Assembly: GCA_039815185.1 (NCBI GenBank)
Contig: JBCBZT010000018.1
Span: forward strand, 66,994 to 130,993
Direction of reading: 5' to 3'
Origin: Cyanobacteria bacterium P01_A01_bin.123
Lineage (GTDB): Bacteria > Cyanobacteriota > Cyanobacteriia > Phormidesmidales > Phormidesmidaceae
Length of the DNA: 64,000 nucleotides
Each line of letters begins with the position of its first letter. Within the stretch, counting starts at the first letter, position 1. A program made the translations under genes and the position numbers. The notes beneath the pieces are model-generated. The model was not told where the DNA came from. It saw only the letters and a list, made by a program, of their open reading frames with translations, and did no database searches. Below are positions 1 to 11,154 of the stretch, one piece after another.

Positions 1-2
1 AT

Positions 3-95
3 TTAACTTTAGAGAATCCAATGGAATTAGCATTTGCTGCAATTGTGTTTGGCACTGTCTTGGTGCTGTTTACCCGTGATGTTTTCAGTAGTTGA
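3..95 (+). CDS. 3' end of a gene entering from the left edge (hydrophobic C-terminus)
   Basis: Open frame LTLENPMELAFAAIVFGTVLVLFTRDVFSS* ending in TGA at 93-95; start lies outside the window. Confidence 0.4.
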   Translation, partial: LTLENPMELAFAAIVFGTVLVLFTRDVFSS

Positions 96-130
96 AGCTA
101 CCGATGGATTACAAAGCCTTACTCTACTAG

Positions 131-325
131 CTAATCTAATGTAACGATTAAGGTCCGATTGTCAACCGTAACGCGATCGCCCTCGAACAATTTGCGACCC
201 CGTCGCGTTTCGACTGTCTCGTTAACTTGGACAATCCCGTCTTGAATTAGCAGCTTAGCGATGCCCCCGGTGGGGGCAATCTGTTGCAATTTGAGAAACT
301 GATCGAGCTTGATGTAATCTTTCAC
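131..325 (-). CDS. S4-domain RNA-binding protein (YaaA/YbcJ-like)
   Basis: IKLDQFLK...TGGIAKLLIQDG.V.VN..VETRRGRKL S4 signature; GTG start. Confidence 0.85.
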   Translation of the reverse strand: MKDYIKLDQFLKLQQIAPTGGIAKLLIQDGIVQVNETVETRRGRKLFEGDRVTVDNRTLIVTLD

Positions 326-500
326 AGAAAAACTTCAACTCCTAGACCAAATATCGGGGCTAAACTCTTAAGTAACCACATCCGATTCGAAACCTTGAGT
401 TTTTTAGCTTGGGGAAGGCTATAGATCTAGGTGTGGTCAAGGTTGAAATCGGTTCTTGGTTTTGGTACAGAGGAATTCCCTCTCAACTTGAGCTTATTCT

Positions 501-839
501 ATGGATTCAGCAGATTCCAATCTTGTGCGAGAGCTCTATCGAAAATCTGCACGTCTGAAGCAGTTTAAAGCTTCCCTAGACGGCTCTCTTCAAGCTATGC
601 TCGATTGCTGCGAATGGAGCGTCATTGCCAATGAAGGCAAAGACGGCTTGCCGTTATTATCCCTGCGATTGAGACATCGGATCAGCCTTCATGATCCTCA
701 ATTAGTACAACTGGCTGAACAAGCCGAGCGCTACTATGGCCCGATTGATTTTGCCCTATTTTCTGGAGAAACGCCAGAACCTTTGCGGGTTCTGAGCAAA
801 ACGCTGATTGATACCCACTGGCGTTGGAAAAATTCCTGA
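501..839 (+). CDS. Hypothetical protein
   Basis: 112-aa ATG ORF filling the intergenic space; no family recognised. Confidence 0.65.
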   Translation: MDSADSNLVRELYRKSARLKQFKASLDGSLQAMLDCCEWSVIANEGKDGLPLLSLRLRHRISLHDPQLVQLAEQAERYYGPIDFALFSGETPEPLRVLSKTLIDTHWRWKNS

Positions 840-846
840 TTAAATT

Positions 847-1185
847 CTATTGCTTGGCTTGCCCGTTTGAGGCTTGGCGCGTAGATACCTGACTGTTTGA
901 GGCTTGACGGTTGATCACGGCTTGGCGGAAGCCTAGGACTACCAAAATATTGGACAGGGTTAAAAACGCTTCAGCGCCACCGTGGAGAAAATCTACGTTG
1001 GCCAATTCTGCACCGTAGGCCGCCTGGGCATAAATGCCGACGGGAATCGTGACCGCAACAAACACCAGCAGCACATAAAAGCCAATGAGTGCCAGCCGGG
1101 GGGTTTGTCCCGAGCGCGTGATGAACCAGAGAAAGCCCAAATAAGGAAATAGGGATAGGGCAAACAGGGTTTCTTTGCTAAACAT
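847..1185 (-). CDS. DUF3593-family membrane protein
   Basis: LFALSLFPYLGFL...LANVDFLHGGAEAFLTLSN motif; paired with DUF2499 gene. Confidence 0.8.
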   Translation of the reverse strand: MFSKETLFALSLFPYLGFLWFITRSGQTPRLALIGFYVLLVFVAVTIPVGIYAQAAYGAELANVDFLHGGAEAFLTLSNILVVLGFRQAVINRQASNSQVSTRQASNGQAKQ

Positions 1186-1236
1186 GGCTCACATGATATG
1201 TTCACTTTCTGCGTTCTATTCCCTAGGCTCAAATCA

Positions 1237-1545
1237 TTAGGGACTTTCCGTGGTGTTTGCTTGTTTCCAAATCCACCAGGCGGCCAGACAGACGGTGCTG
1301 TTACCCACGACGGTCATCGCTGCTTGCAACGTGACGAGCCAGCTTAGGGATTGAGCATTGTCAAAGAAATGCCAGGTGCAGGCACACATGGCGCTGATCA
1401 AGGCAGGCAACATGGCAAAAGAAAGCCAGCGCCAAGCAGGGCGATCCCAGACGACTGCATATTGCCAAATAAACGCGATCGCAGCGATCCATTCCGCCAC
1501 ACTGGCGACGTGGATAATCCAGGTTGGAATTGAAAGGGCATGCAT
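1237..1545 (-). CDS. ycf49: Ycf49/DUF2499-family membrane protein
   Basis: MHALSIPTWIIHVASVAEW...SAMCACTWHFFDN signature. Confidence 0.85.
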   Translation of the reverse strand: MHALSIPTWIIHVASVAEWIAAIAFIWQYAVVWDRPAWRWLSFAMLPALISAMCACTWHFFDNAQSLSWLVTLQAAMTVVGNSTVCLAAWWIWKQANTTESP

Positions 1546-1593
1546 GGTGAGTAAATCACATCCGAGTTGGCGTCTTAATTAGGAAGTCGGAAT

Positions 1594-1613
1594 GCAAGGG
1601 CTTGCGACCCTAC
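1594..1613 (-). repeat. Degenerate GTAG-type REP-like palindrome
   Basis: Minus strand GTAGGGTCGCAAGCCCTTGC: GTAG foot plus imperfect palindrome, intergenic. Confidence 0.4.
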
Positions 1614-1706
1614 CCGAAAAACTATGGCATCAGATGTGGGCGAAGTTGATTAGAATCTGTCCACCGCTATTGTAAGGATGGTGTTGACGTAACGGCAGGA
1701 TGTTTC

Positions 1707-2783
1707 ATGCGGGCAGTTCTCTGTGGATATTACGGCATGGGCAATGGGGGGGATGAGGCCTTGCTGGCTTCCCTATTGCAACTGCTACCCAAAACCGTTG
1801 AACCGATTGTACTCTCTGGGAACCCAGAGGAGACGGCTCAACGCTATGGGGTAGAAGCTTGTCCGCGCAAGTCGTTTTTAGCAGTTTGGGCTGCCCTACG
1901 CCGTTCTCAGGTATTTATTTGGGGGGGCGGTAGCCTGATGCAAGATGCGACTAGCCCGCTGAATCCGCTTTACTATGGCGGATTGATGAAGTTGGCGCAG
2001 CTGATGGGACTAACCACGGTTGCTTGGGCTCAGGGGATTGGCCCGTTACGGCGACGGTGGACTCAAAGGCTGACTCAGCAAGCTTTACGAGGGTGTGCGG
2101 CCGTCAGCGTGCGCGATCGCGGTTCAGCAGGCCTGCTCAACCAGTGGCAAATTCCCAGTTTGCTGGCCCCAGACCCCGTGTGGATCCTAGATTCTAAACC
2201 GGTTGAAGGGCTATGGGATTTACCAGCTCCCCGGATTGCTGTGGCGCTACGGGGTCATCCATGGTTAACAGCGGCAAAGTTAGACCAAATCGCGATCGCG
2301 CTCAATGATTTTCAGCAGGCGACCCAAACTTGTCTATTGTTAGTGCCATTTCAACCTGTCAAAGATCTGGCGATCGCCCAAGTCATCCAATCGCGATTAA
2401 AAGGGCCAAACCAAATTTTTTCCTTGCCTAATCCAATTGAACTCAAAGGGCTTTTTCGGGGTGTGGACATGGTCATTGGGATGCGTTTCCATGCTCTGGT
2501 GATGGCGGCGGCTGAAGGGTGCCGCTGTTTTGCCCTCAGTTATGATCCCAAAGTGACTCAATTAATGCGTGATCTGTCCCTACCCGGTTGGGATCTCAAT
2601 CCCAAGGTTTCCGCTAGCCAGGGATTCTATGCCCCGATGCCAACGCAGGCGATCGCGATCACCGAAACATGGCTGCGTCATTATGCCAATGGGGAATCGC
2701 TTCAGCAGGCTCAAATTGCTGCTCAAATTGATCGGGCCCATCTCCACCAAGAACTGCTGCAAAAAGTCATGGCGAAGCCATAA
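1707..2783 (+). CDS. csaB: Polysaccharide pyruvyl transferase CsaB
   Basis: GYYGMGNGGDEA, GGGSLMQDATS, AQGIGPL, MRFHAL, LSYDPKV motifs. Confidence 0.9.
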   Translation: MRAVLCGYYGMGNGGDEALLASLLQLLPKTVEPIVLSGNPEETAQRYGVEACPRKSFLAVWAALRRSQVFIWGGGSLMQDATSPLNPLYYGGLMKLAQLMGLTTVAWAQGIGPLRRRWTQRLTQQALRGCAAVSVRDRGSAGLLNQWQIPSLLAPDPVWILDSKPVEGLWDLPAPRIAVALRGHPWLTAAKLDQIAIALNDFQQATQTCLLLVPFQPVKDLAIAQVIQSRLKGPNQIFSLPNPIELKGLFRGVDMVIGMRFHALVMAAAEGCRCFALSYDPKVTQLMRDLSLPGWDLNPKVSASQGFYAPMPTQAIAITETWLRHYANGESLQQAQIAAQIDRAHLHQELLQKVMAKP

Positions 2784-3127
2784 CTCTGGTTTAAAGCTCA
2801 AGTCTTCAAATCGGACATGATTTAGAATCTATCCCCTAAAATCATCGTGTTGATTAATTTTAAGCAGGGTTTAATTTCTAATTTCTATGCTAAACCATTA
2901 AGTATTCCAACGATATTGTCGTGAAGCTGGGATTACTGCTTGACTTAAAGTCAAGTTTTTCCAGGATGTATCGTTGAGTTGTTGCCTGAAATTGTCTTGA
3001 AATTGAGCGCTAATTGTCTAGCGATGGTTTCTAAGGTTCGATCTAGCTCCTTTTGGGCAGCGACGCCGACGATCATCGCACTACTGCCAAGTCTGAATGT
3101 CACGTTTAGAGTCAGATCTATAGATCT

Positions 3128-4750
3128 ATGAGCGAAGCGAACTTACCTCCCCATGACCCTGTCCAGCCTCAGCCAGGGATCTACCCTCCCACTTATCAGG
3201 GCAGTTTGCAGCCTCATACCCCAGCCCAGGCAGAGGCCAGCGCTAGTGACGAATGGCAGTCAGTGCCTCTTCCCCAAGCGATTCAAGCCCAAGATTTGGG
3301 TTTGGCACCCGATCGCAACGGAGCCCACCTATCTAGCAGTGTTTCCCCTAGCCATGCCGCTGAAGTAACTGTCGCTACTGAACGGGAAACCGAGCTCTTA
3401 AGCCTAATTCACGATCTCAATGCCTGTAATGACCATCTCTTGCAGCGTGTCGCCCAGCTTGAAGATGCCTTAGAAACTTCCCAAACAGCATTACAAGCTG
3501 AAATTGTGCGATCGCAAGATCAACCAACCCCGTCTTTAACGCAAGCTGCGGCACCGCATCCTCAAATTGCGCAACTGATTAGCGATCTTGACTACGCCCA
3601 GCAAGATCTCAAGCAGCAACGCGTGCTGAATGAAACCCTTAAGGCTCAACTGGCTGCCAGTCACCAACAGATTGCCCAATTAGAGCGCGAATGCGCGTTA
3701 CTGCGACAGCGTGACGGTGAGCAATCTCAAGCCCTCTCCCGGGCTGAAAGCAACTGTCGAGACTTGCGGGTTCGGTTGCAGCGACAACAGCGCTATACCC
3801 TGCAGTTCAAAGTTGCCTTAGAGAAATCTCTAGATGTGGCTGCTCATCGTTCTGAAGCAACGACTTATGGTTACGAAAACGTCGCCGATAACGGCTCGGA
3901 TAGCGTTGTTGAAACGGGCAATTCTCCTAGTATTGTGGCGATGCCTAAAATTCAACGCATTCAGCCTTGGAGTGCTGATGCAACGCCGATCCAGTCTGAA
4001 CCAGCCCTTGAAACTCTAATTCAAGGGATAGGCGTTAGATCGAAGCAACCCCCAGCCCCCGCTGCTGCCGATCAGAGGCCTGATCCGCAGCCTCAAAATC
4101 CCCCATCTGTTAATTCCCAGCCGCCAGCTGTACCTCGGGTTGAGGCTGATCCAGAGGCAGAGACCCTACTCTGGAAAGATTTGGAACGGGTGATTGATGC
4201 CGCTGCCAGTGGGGTGCCATCTACCAGCCCTGAGTTGAATCGGGCTGAGACTGGTTCAACCCAATCTGAGGGCCTAACCCAATCTGAACCGCAGGAAGGA
4301 TCGGTCTCATCTGAATCTGAACCCTTAATGATTGAGACTCCGATGCCAGAACTGACCCAGTCAAATCAACCAGAACCGCCTCAATTTACGGAACCTTCTC
4401 CTTGGGGAGCGCCATTGCCTGCTCCAGCGACCCAACAAAATCCACCAGAGCAAGCTAAGACCGACAGTGGGGGTGATCCGCAACCGATAATATCCCAGCC
4501 AGTGATTCATCAAAGTGAAAATCTTCCAGCCCCGGATGCACTGACCTTGAAGCAGGAAGTGGCCGCCGCTTTGATGGCTAGGGCCCAAAACCTTCAATCT
4601 CCTGAAAACGCCACGGGTTTACCGCCAGCTTTGACTTACCAGAATGCCCCATCCTCGCCTTCACCCATCGTGCATCCACTGCGACCCCAGAAGAAGATTA
4701 AATCGTTAGCTGCGGTACAGCTGCCCAATTTTCCGCGCCGAAAATCCTGA
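3128..4750 (+). CDS. Hypothetical coiled-coil, Pro-rich protein
   Basis: Heptad-rich segment (RLQRQQRYTLQFKVALEKSL), low-complexity Pro/Gln region, C-terminal SLAAVQLPNF. Confidence 0.75.
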   Translation: MSEANLPPHDPVQPQPGIYPPTYQGSLQPHTPAQAEASASDEWQSVPLPQAIQAQDLGLAPDRNGAHLSSSVSPSHAAEVTVATERETELLSLIHDLNACNDHLLQRVAQLEDALETSQTALQAEIVRSQDQPTPSLTQAAAPHPQIAQLISDLDYAQQDLKQQRVLNETLKAQLAASHQQIAQLERECALLRQRDGEQSQALSRAESNCRDLRVRLQRQQRYTLQFKVALEKSLDVAAHRSEATTYGYENVADNGSDSVVETGNSPSIVAMPKIQRIQPWSADATPIQSEPALETLIQGIGVRSKQPPAPAAADQRPDPQPQNPPSVNSQPPAVPRVEADPEAETLLWKDLERVIDAAASGVPSTSPELNRAETGSTQSEGLTQSEPQEGSVSSESEPLMIETPMPELTQSNQPEPPQFTEPSPWGAPLPAPATQQNPPEQAKTDSGGDPQPIISQPVIHQSENLPAPDALTLKQEVAAALMARAQNLQSPENATGLPPALTYQNAPSSPSPIVHPLRPQKKIKSLAAVQLPNFPRRKS

Positions 4751-4759
4751 TGATCAGGT

Positions 4760-7069
4760 TTAACGGATAACTTTCATATCAGGTTGAGGCATATCGGTCT
4801 GAGGTATATCGGGTTGGGGCGATCGCTCATCATCTGCCGTCGCTTCGCTGACTGAGCGGCGGGGTTGTTTGGGGCGCGGTGTCCGCAAGCTCTCTACGGT
4901 GGGCGCTTGAATGCGAACCTGCACTGCTGAGGGTTTACCCGTGCCATAGGTAAGACCATAGCTTTTGGCTAATAAGCTGTACCACATAGCTGGCCACAGG
5001 GGTTCCAACCATGCCTGTTGGCGATGCAACCAGTTGGGAAACCAGCTCAAGCACCAACTCAGCAGGGCACTAGTGGTAAAGGTGAGATAGCTGCCCACCC
5101 ATCGCACCATATCAACAGGGCCAGCTAACTGCCAAATCCAGCCCAGTAAAGCTGGGTTTTGACTTGCGGCCGTTAGCGCCATGCGGTTAAATTCTGGCCA
5201 GGTTGCCCGATCTTTAATGAATCGATTGGCTACATCGGGTGATTGTTGCCCCAACACTCCAAAAAAAGTGTTGAGCATGGAATTGATCCGTTGGGGGGGA
5301 ATAAACTCATGGGTGGGCACCATCATGCCCCTTGAAAATAGCCAGGTGACGGCGATATTACTTTGGAAAGCTCGAATTTGATTGAGATGGCGATCGCGCA
5401 GCAAATCATAGCGTAGTGCAGTATCGAGCAGTTCCGTCAATCGGGGGAGATTCCTCACTAAGGAACCAAAACCCGTAAACACCAACGGTGATTGTAGCGA
5501 GGCCGCATCACCGATGGCAACCAGGCGATCAAAGGCGACGGTGCGTTCTTCTGCACGGGTACTAAAGTGTCCTGGGATGTAGCCAAATGTGGGTTTACGC
5601 CAAGTCAGTTTGTCGAGATCGCAGCGACGATACTCGGGCAAAATGTGGAAAAAGTCCTCGTACATTTCCAGTAGGGAACCCGGGTTCTCAGGATTAACTT
5701 GATGATAGTGAAAAAGGTAAACTGTGAGCTCATTGTCACGGCCTGGAAACAGCTCCCAAATGAGTTGCCGTCCGCGGGAAATATCGCCGTGACTGAACAA
5801 TACATCTCCATAGTCTGAATTCCATACCTCTGGAGCAATTCCCCCCGAAATACAGGCTCCCACGGTAGGACAAACACTATCAAAGGCACGCCCGCCGTTG
5901 AGTTGCCACGCAATCGGAGAGGCCGTACCCATGGCATCGACCAGCAGTCTCCCCTGAATGCGATGCTGCGTTTGGCGATTGCTCTCCTGGGCTGGCTCAA
6001 CCCCTTCGGGTGGTTTACGCCAGTACTCACCGCGATGTCGAGTGTGTACCATTACCCCGTCCTGATCGATTTCGGCCCAAAGAAAGTCGGTTTCATCTAA
6101 GATGATGCCCCCAGCCGCCGTGAATTTTTCGCCACAGAATTTTAGGAGCTTTTCAGAATCAATGGCAATATTGAGCACCGTTGGGGTATGTAAAGTGGGC
6201 GCTTGGGCAGCAACCGGATTATTGGCATCAAAAAACTTGTTGAATCCGTCTTGGTATTCGTGGGCAATGAGGGCTTCAAACTCCTCGCTACTAAAAAGGC
6301 CTAAGTCAATTAGAGACTGAAACTCCTGGCGCGAGATGTTCCACTCCCGGTTCATGCGGCCGAAGGGTAACCGCTCAATCAACAGCACCCGGTGTCCTAG
6401 AGTGGCCATCACAGCAGCATGGATAATCCCTAAAGCACCTCCGACATAAATCAGGTCAAATGGGGTTGGGGTAGCCTCAGGCAAGGTTGATTGAGGCCTC
6501 TTGTTAACAACAAATGGAATTTCAGTTTTAGGGTTAGGAGGCGCTTCCGAGGGCTTAAATAGGACAGGCTGGGGTTGCTTAGGCGATCGCACCGAGGCCC
6601 GCCATCGCTGTTCCCACCAGTAAACTCGCTGCAAGTCTTGCTCACCATTGGGCATCCGTTGGAAATAGTGAACGGTTTTTGGGTAATGCGGTTGGAGTGC
6701 CTCAAAGATCGACTGCTGGCTCAAATCGACCGTCGGAGGAGCAGGATATTGATGAGGAAAGGCTTGGCGAATTTCATCGGTGAGCTGCGGGATCGTTTCT
6801 TCCAGCTTTTGGGCTGAGGCCTGCCAGCAGAAGGCTTTCAAATAGGTGGTGCGCTGCACAGACCAAACAAAACAGGCGATCGCAGCGGCAAGTTGTGGAT
6901 TGGTTTGTCCATCGGGCTGACGAGTGTCTTGGGGTGGTTGGAGTGATAGGCGAATGCCATCGGTAGTGATAACTTTGTGGCCAATTTTCGGTTCAAAAGT
7001 ATGGTGCAGCCAATGAATGACCGCTTCAGTATCAGGGGTTGGAATCTCTAAATAGAGAATTTCTCTCAT
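4760..7069 (-). CDS. cruA: CruA-type lycopene cyclase / flavin-dependent oxidoreductase
   Basis: N-terminal ILYLEIPTPD, DLIYVGGALG FAD motif, MNREWNIS, LQSPLVFTGFGSL. Confidence 0.75.
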   Translation of the reverse strand: MREILYLEIPTPDTEAVIHWLHHTFEPKIGHKVITTDGIRLSLQPPQDTRQPDGQTNPQLAAAIACFVWSVQRTTYLKAFCWQASAQKLEETIPQLTDEIRQAFPHQYPAPPTVDLSQQSIFEALQPHYPKTVHYFQRMPNGEQDLQRVYWWEQRWRASVRSPKQPQPVLFKPSEAPPNPKTEIPFVVNKRPQSTLPEATPTPFDLIYVGGALGIIHAAVMATLGHRVLLIERLPFGRMNREWNISRQEFQSLIDLGLFSSEEFEALIAHEYQDGFNKFFDANNPVAAQAPTLHTPTVLNIAIDSEKLLKFCGEKFTAAGGIILDETDFLWAEIDQDGVMVHTRHRGEYWRKPPEGVEPAQESNRQTQHRIQGRLLVDAMGTASPIAWQLNGGRAFDSVCPTVGACISGGIAPEVWNSDYGDVLFSHGDISRGRQLIWELFPGRDNELTVYLFHYHQVNPENPGSLLEMYEDFFHILPEYRRCDLDKLTWRKPTFGYIPGHFSTRAEERTVAFDRLVAIGDAASLQSPLVFTGFGSLVRNLPRLTELLDTALRYDLLRDRHLNQIRAFQSNIAVTWLFSRGMMVPTHEFIPPQRINSMLNTFFGVLGQQSPDVANRFIKDRATWPEFNRMALTAASQNPALLGWIWQLAGPVDMVRWVGSYLTFTTSALLSWCLSWFPNWLHRQQAWLEPLWPAMWYSLLAKSYGLTYGTGKPSAVQVRIQAPTVESLRTPRPKQPRRSVSEATADDERSPQPDIPQTDMPQPDMKVIR

Positions 7070-7247
7070 CGGAAGTTTGATTTAAAGTAAGGGAGCTAAA
7101 AATTCCAGCTAATATTGCACTGAAATCAGACAGGGGTGACCTGCCATTTAGGCGCTATGTCAGCTATATTCAGCACACCCGGGGATTAAATAGGGGTTTT
7201 CAACAGAGTGCGAGCCTTTTTCGTAGTCTCTAACACCATATTTCATT

Positions 7248-7295
7248 AAATAGCAATCGGGCGACGTTGAGACCAACGTCGCCCGATTGCTATTT
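7248..7295. terminator. Perfect 22-bp hairpin downstream of hetR, probable intrinsic terminator
   Basis: AAATAGCAATCGGGCGACGTTG-agac-CAACGTCGCCCGATTGCTATTT. Confidence 0.7.
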
Positions 7296-7325
7296 TGCCC
7301 TTACGGCTGGAAAGTACCTAGGCTT

Positions 7326-8270
<945 letters not shown>

Positions 8271-8513
8271 CTAGTAATGGAACACTACAAAGTGACTCAT
8301 TTCAGGATTGCCCATCAGTATGAAAGCTTGATGCTGGTATAGCTTAAAGCATTTTGATTGTTGTAACTCATGCAGTTATGAGTCTAAAATCAATCTAATG
8401 ATTTGCTTGGTGATGGGCGTTGAGATTGGTGACGAGCAACTAAGACTGTTATCAACGATCGATAACAAATCAACTGTGTAACAAGCGCCTTGATTTAATT
8501 GGCAAACTAGCGT

Positions 8514-8942
8514 TTAAATCAAAGATTTTGCCATGGCAGTCTGAGCGTCCGAGGTGACGCGTCCGCTGCCTCGAAACGCTATGTTTTGCTGGTCTTCACT
8601 GGCATAAGCTGTAAGACGTCCACTGCCGCGATCTTGTTCGTTAGCTTTGATACTCGTGACGTACCAGTAGTTTGTCTCAGTGATATTTAACCCAGCTACG
8701 AAGCGGCCGCTACCGCGGTCGTCCTGGGCGGTCATGCGACCGCTGCCACGATTGGCGGGTTTGACCGGTTCTGCCATTGCCTTCATGCGACCGCTGCCAC
8801 GAAAGAGCGTAGGGCGATGGGGGGAATGATCGATTTGGTTGACTTGGATTGATGAAGAATTGCTAGAAAAGCTACCAATGGCACCCAATATTGACATAAT
8901 GCTGAGGGAACCAGCCCAAAGAAGTTTTGAAGAAGTCTGCAT
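8514..8942 (-). CDS. patX: PatX-like RGSGR peptide precursor with five RGSGR motifs
   Basis: Hydrophobic N-terminus; RGSGR at aa 48, 65, 76, 105 and 124; lies between an FAD oxidoreductase gene and hetR. Confidence 0.8.
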   Translation of the reverse strand: MQTSSKLLWAGSLSIMSILGAIGSFSSNSSSIQVNQIDHSPHRPTLFRGSGRMKAMAEPVKPANRGSGRMTAQDDRGSGRFVAGLNITETNYWYVTSIKANEQDRGSGRLTAYASEDQQNIAFRGSGRVTSDAQTAMAKSLI

Positions 8943-9104
8943 AAGAACCTTTCCGTCTTTAGCGCTTATGGTTCTTCTTACGTGGGTTGCCCGTTCAGCT
9001 CAGGAAAATATACGTCCGTGTAAACGCTGAACTTTACAATTTGCGGGATATGGTTTAAAGCAATTGTGTTAATTTGAGCCAGGCTCAACATCTATTGTTA
9101 ACAC

Positions 9105-11027
9105 TCATGCTTTGTGTTTGCTGAGTTGGAGCGTGTTGACGCGCAGCCATGACCCAGATGGATTCCACCAGCCTGTGACGGTAATGGGTTGGGAATTGGA
9201 TAACTGTTTGAGAACTTGCTCGATGCTGGGACGCAAGGTGACTAAAGGGCAAGGATCGAGTAAGCCGTCCAGGGTCGGCTGTATCAGGGCATATTGTTGG
9301 GGGTCGATGCGCTGAAATAGGCCGCTGACAGACTGGTAGTTTGGGGTTTTGGTATTGTCGTTGAGTGATGGGGTGGATAGCGTGGCTGCGTCATGGGAGC
9401 TACGCTGTCTCTTGAGGGCGATCGCCGCCTCATCTGTAGCTGACATCGATGGGGCGAAGGCGTTGTCCCACCCCTGCTTGGGATAGTGCTCAGGAAAATT
9501 CAAATAGTGTTGCTGCTGGGCCAGCCAAGCTTGAGGATTATTAGATAGATTGAATAAAGGAACTACGGCTGAAGGGGCTAACGGATCATTCAATAATGCG
9601 CTTTGGAGCGACCGGATTGATAAGGCGCGGGGTTGCTGATTGCCCTCAACGCAAAGCGCTGCTGCCATGCCAGCTGCTTGGCCAATTAGGAGCACGACAG
9701 GTTGTAGGCGGGTCGCGCCGTTGGCCAGATGACTGACAGATAGATTTTTGTCACACACTAAGAAGCCATCAATGGCTTCAGGTACGAGGGCACCGTAAGG
9801 GATGGCGAAAGGCGTGCCAGTCCATCGTCCCCCCCAGCGGATTGATTTGGATCGCAGCGGATAGTCAACCCCTGGATAGTGGTGATCGTTGGTATAGTTA
9901 CCAATGGCGATCGCGTTGATGTCTCCTGCTGAATTATGAGGCAAGGTGGCTACGGCACCCTCGCTCAGCGGCAGAATGTCGATTTCTGTGACGGTGGATA
10001 GACCCTGAAGACGGCGGCTTTCACGGTAGTAGGGCATCAAGCCAAAGGCACCGCCGCCTAACTGCCCTGGCCATTGGGGAAACAGATCGGTTGCTAAGCC
10101 ATAGCGTTGTCCAACGTGTTTTTGAATATAATGTGCGAAGCCCTGGCTGTGGGCGTGGGCTGATTGTAGCCAGTCTTGGCGAGTAGCGGCGTCTGCCACT
10201 AATTGTTGGAGATTATGGCCATAGTCATTACCGCGTATGGGCCAATTAATCATGAAACGATTGCCAGGTAGCCGCCCATAGTTAAGAAAGGTCGTTGCCC
10301 CATGATTCGCCCAGGCACCTCCGAATTGAGCTAAATCAATCCCCTCAGGAAGGGGAATTTCTGGCGCGATCGTCCTCTCAGTCTGGTCTTCTCTCCCTGC
10401 GGCATCGCCAAAATCTTGCATTACCACGACCCATGTGGGAGCTTGTACGGGATACTTATCGGCGATCGCGGCTAATGGATCACTCAAATCGCTTAAATCT
10501 GCTGGGGCACTGGGCTCTTGCCAAACATGCCGATCTTCCCAACCCCAGCGATAGGGAATTTCGCCTAGGGCCAGCAGATCGCCCAACTCAGTGCCGTCTA
10601 GGGTGATTTGGGCATAGATCGTATAGTCAGAAAATTGAACGCCCACGACGCGATCGCCCTGACGCAATACTTCTTGGGGCACCTGATGGGCAATCCAATA
10701 AAGATTGGGTAGTGCCTTTACCCAATCTGTAAAAATACCTGCGCCGATGGCCGGGTCAAAATTAAAAAAACTGACCCAGCCGTGGTCTAATCCTGCCGGG
10801 TGGCGCGCTTCCAATGCGTCTAGAAAGGCTCCCCAAAGCCCCGTTTGCCATGCTTCCAGCTCATTACCGTCGGGTGCCGACACCCCTGCTGCAGTGAGCA
10901 TTCCCCCCAGCCAGCTAAACTCACTGACTAGGATGGTTTGGGCACCCCGCCGAGCGGCTTGGATGGCAGCTGCTGTACCCCCTGTGCCACCGCCCACGAC
11001 CAAAACTTCTGTAGAGAGGGTTTCCAT
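9105..11027 (-). CDS. FAD-dependent oxidoreductase
   Basis: VLVVGGGTGGTAAAIQAAR Rossmann motif, PYYRESRR, NGATRLQP. Confidence 0.85.
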   Translation of the reverse strand: METLSTEVLVVGGGTGGTAAAIQAARRGAQTILVSEFSWLGGMLTAAGVSAPDGNELEAWQTGLWGAFLDALEARHPAGLDHGWVSFFNFDPAIGAGIFTDWVKALPNLYWIAHQVPQEVLRQGDRVVGVQFSDYTIYAQITLDGTELGDLLALGEIPYRWGWEDRHVWQEPSAPADLSDLSDPLAAIADKYPVQAPTWVVVMQDFGDAAGREDQTERTIAPEIPLPEGIDLAQFGGAWANHGATTFLNYGRLPGNRFMINWPIRGNDYGHNLQQLVADAATRQDWLQSAHAHSQGFAHYIQKHVGQRYGLATDLFPQWPGQLGGGAFGLMPYYRESRRLQGLSTVTEIDILPLSEGAVATLPHNSAGDINAIAIGNYTNDHHYPGVDYPLRSKSIRWGGRWTGTPFAIPYGALVPEAIDGFLVCDKNLSVSHLANGATRLQPVVLLIGQAAGMAAALCVEGNQQPRALSIRSLQSALLNDPLAPSAVVPLFNLSNNPQAWLAQQQHYLNFPEHYPKQGWDNAFAPSMSATDEAAIALKRQRSSHDAATLSTPSLNDNTKTPNYQSVSGLFQRIDPQQYALIQPTLDGLLDPCPLVTLRPSIEQVLKQLSNSQPITVTGWWNPSGSWLRVNTLQLSKHKA

Positions 11028-11154
11028 CGATAACCCTGGTTAAAGACGCCTCATCATATCAGTCTTCTAACCAACCTTTTGGACTACACACACCTTCGTA
11101 GAAGGATGGTACTTTAAGGTCAAGGCTCATTCAGTGAACGTTACGACACTAACC

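Noticed and set aside
865..910. Short RQASN duplication at the DUF3593 C-terminus
   Set aside because: Trivial slippage repeat in a disordered tail.
8943..9104. DIF1 (TCCGGA) or NtcA site upstream of patX
   Set aside because: Neither motif was found; a TGTAAA-N8-TTTACA dyad at 9019-9038 exists but cannot be assigned.
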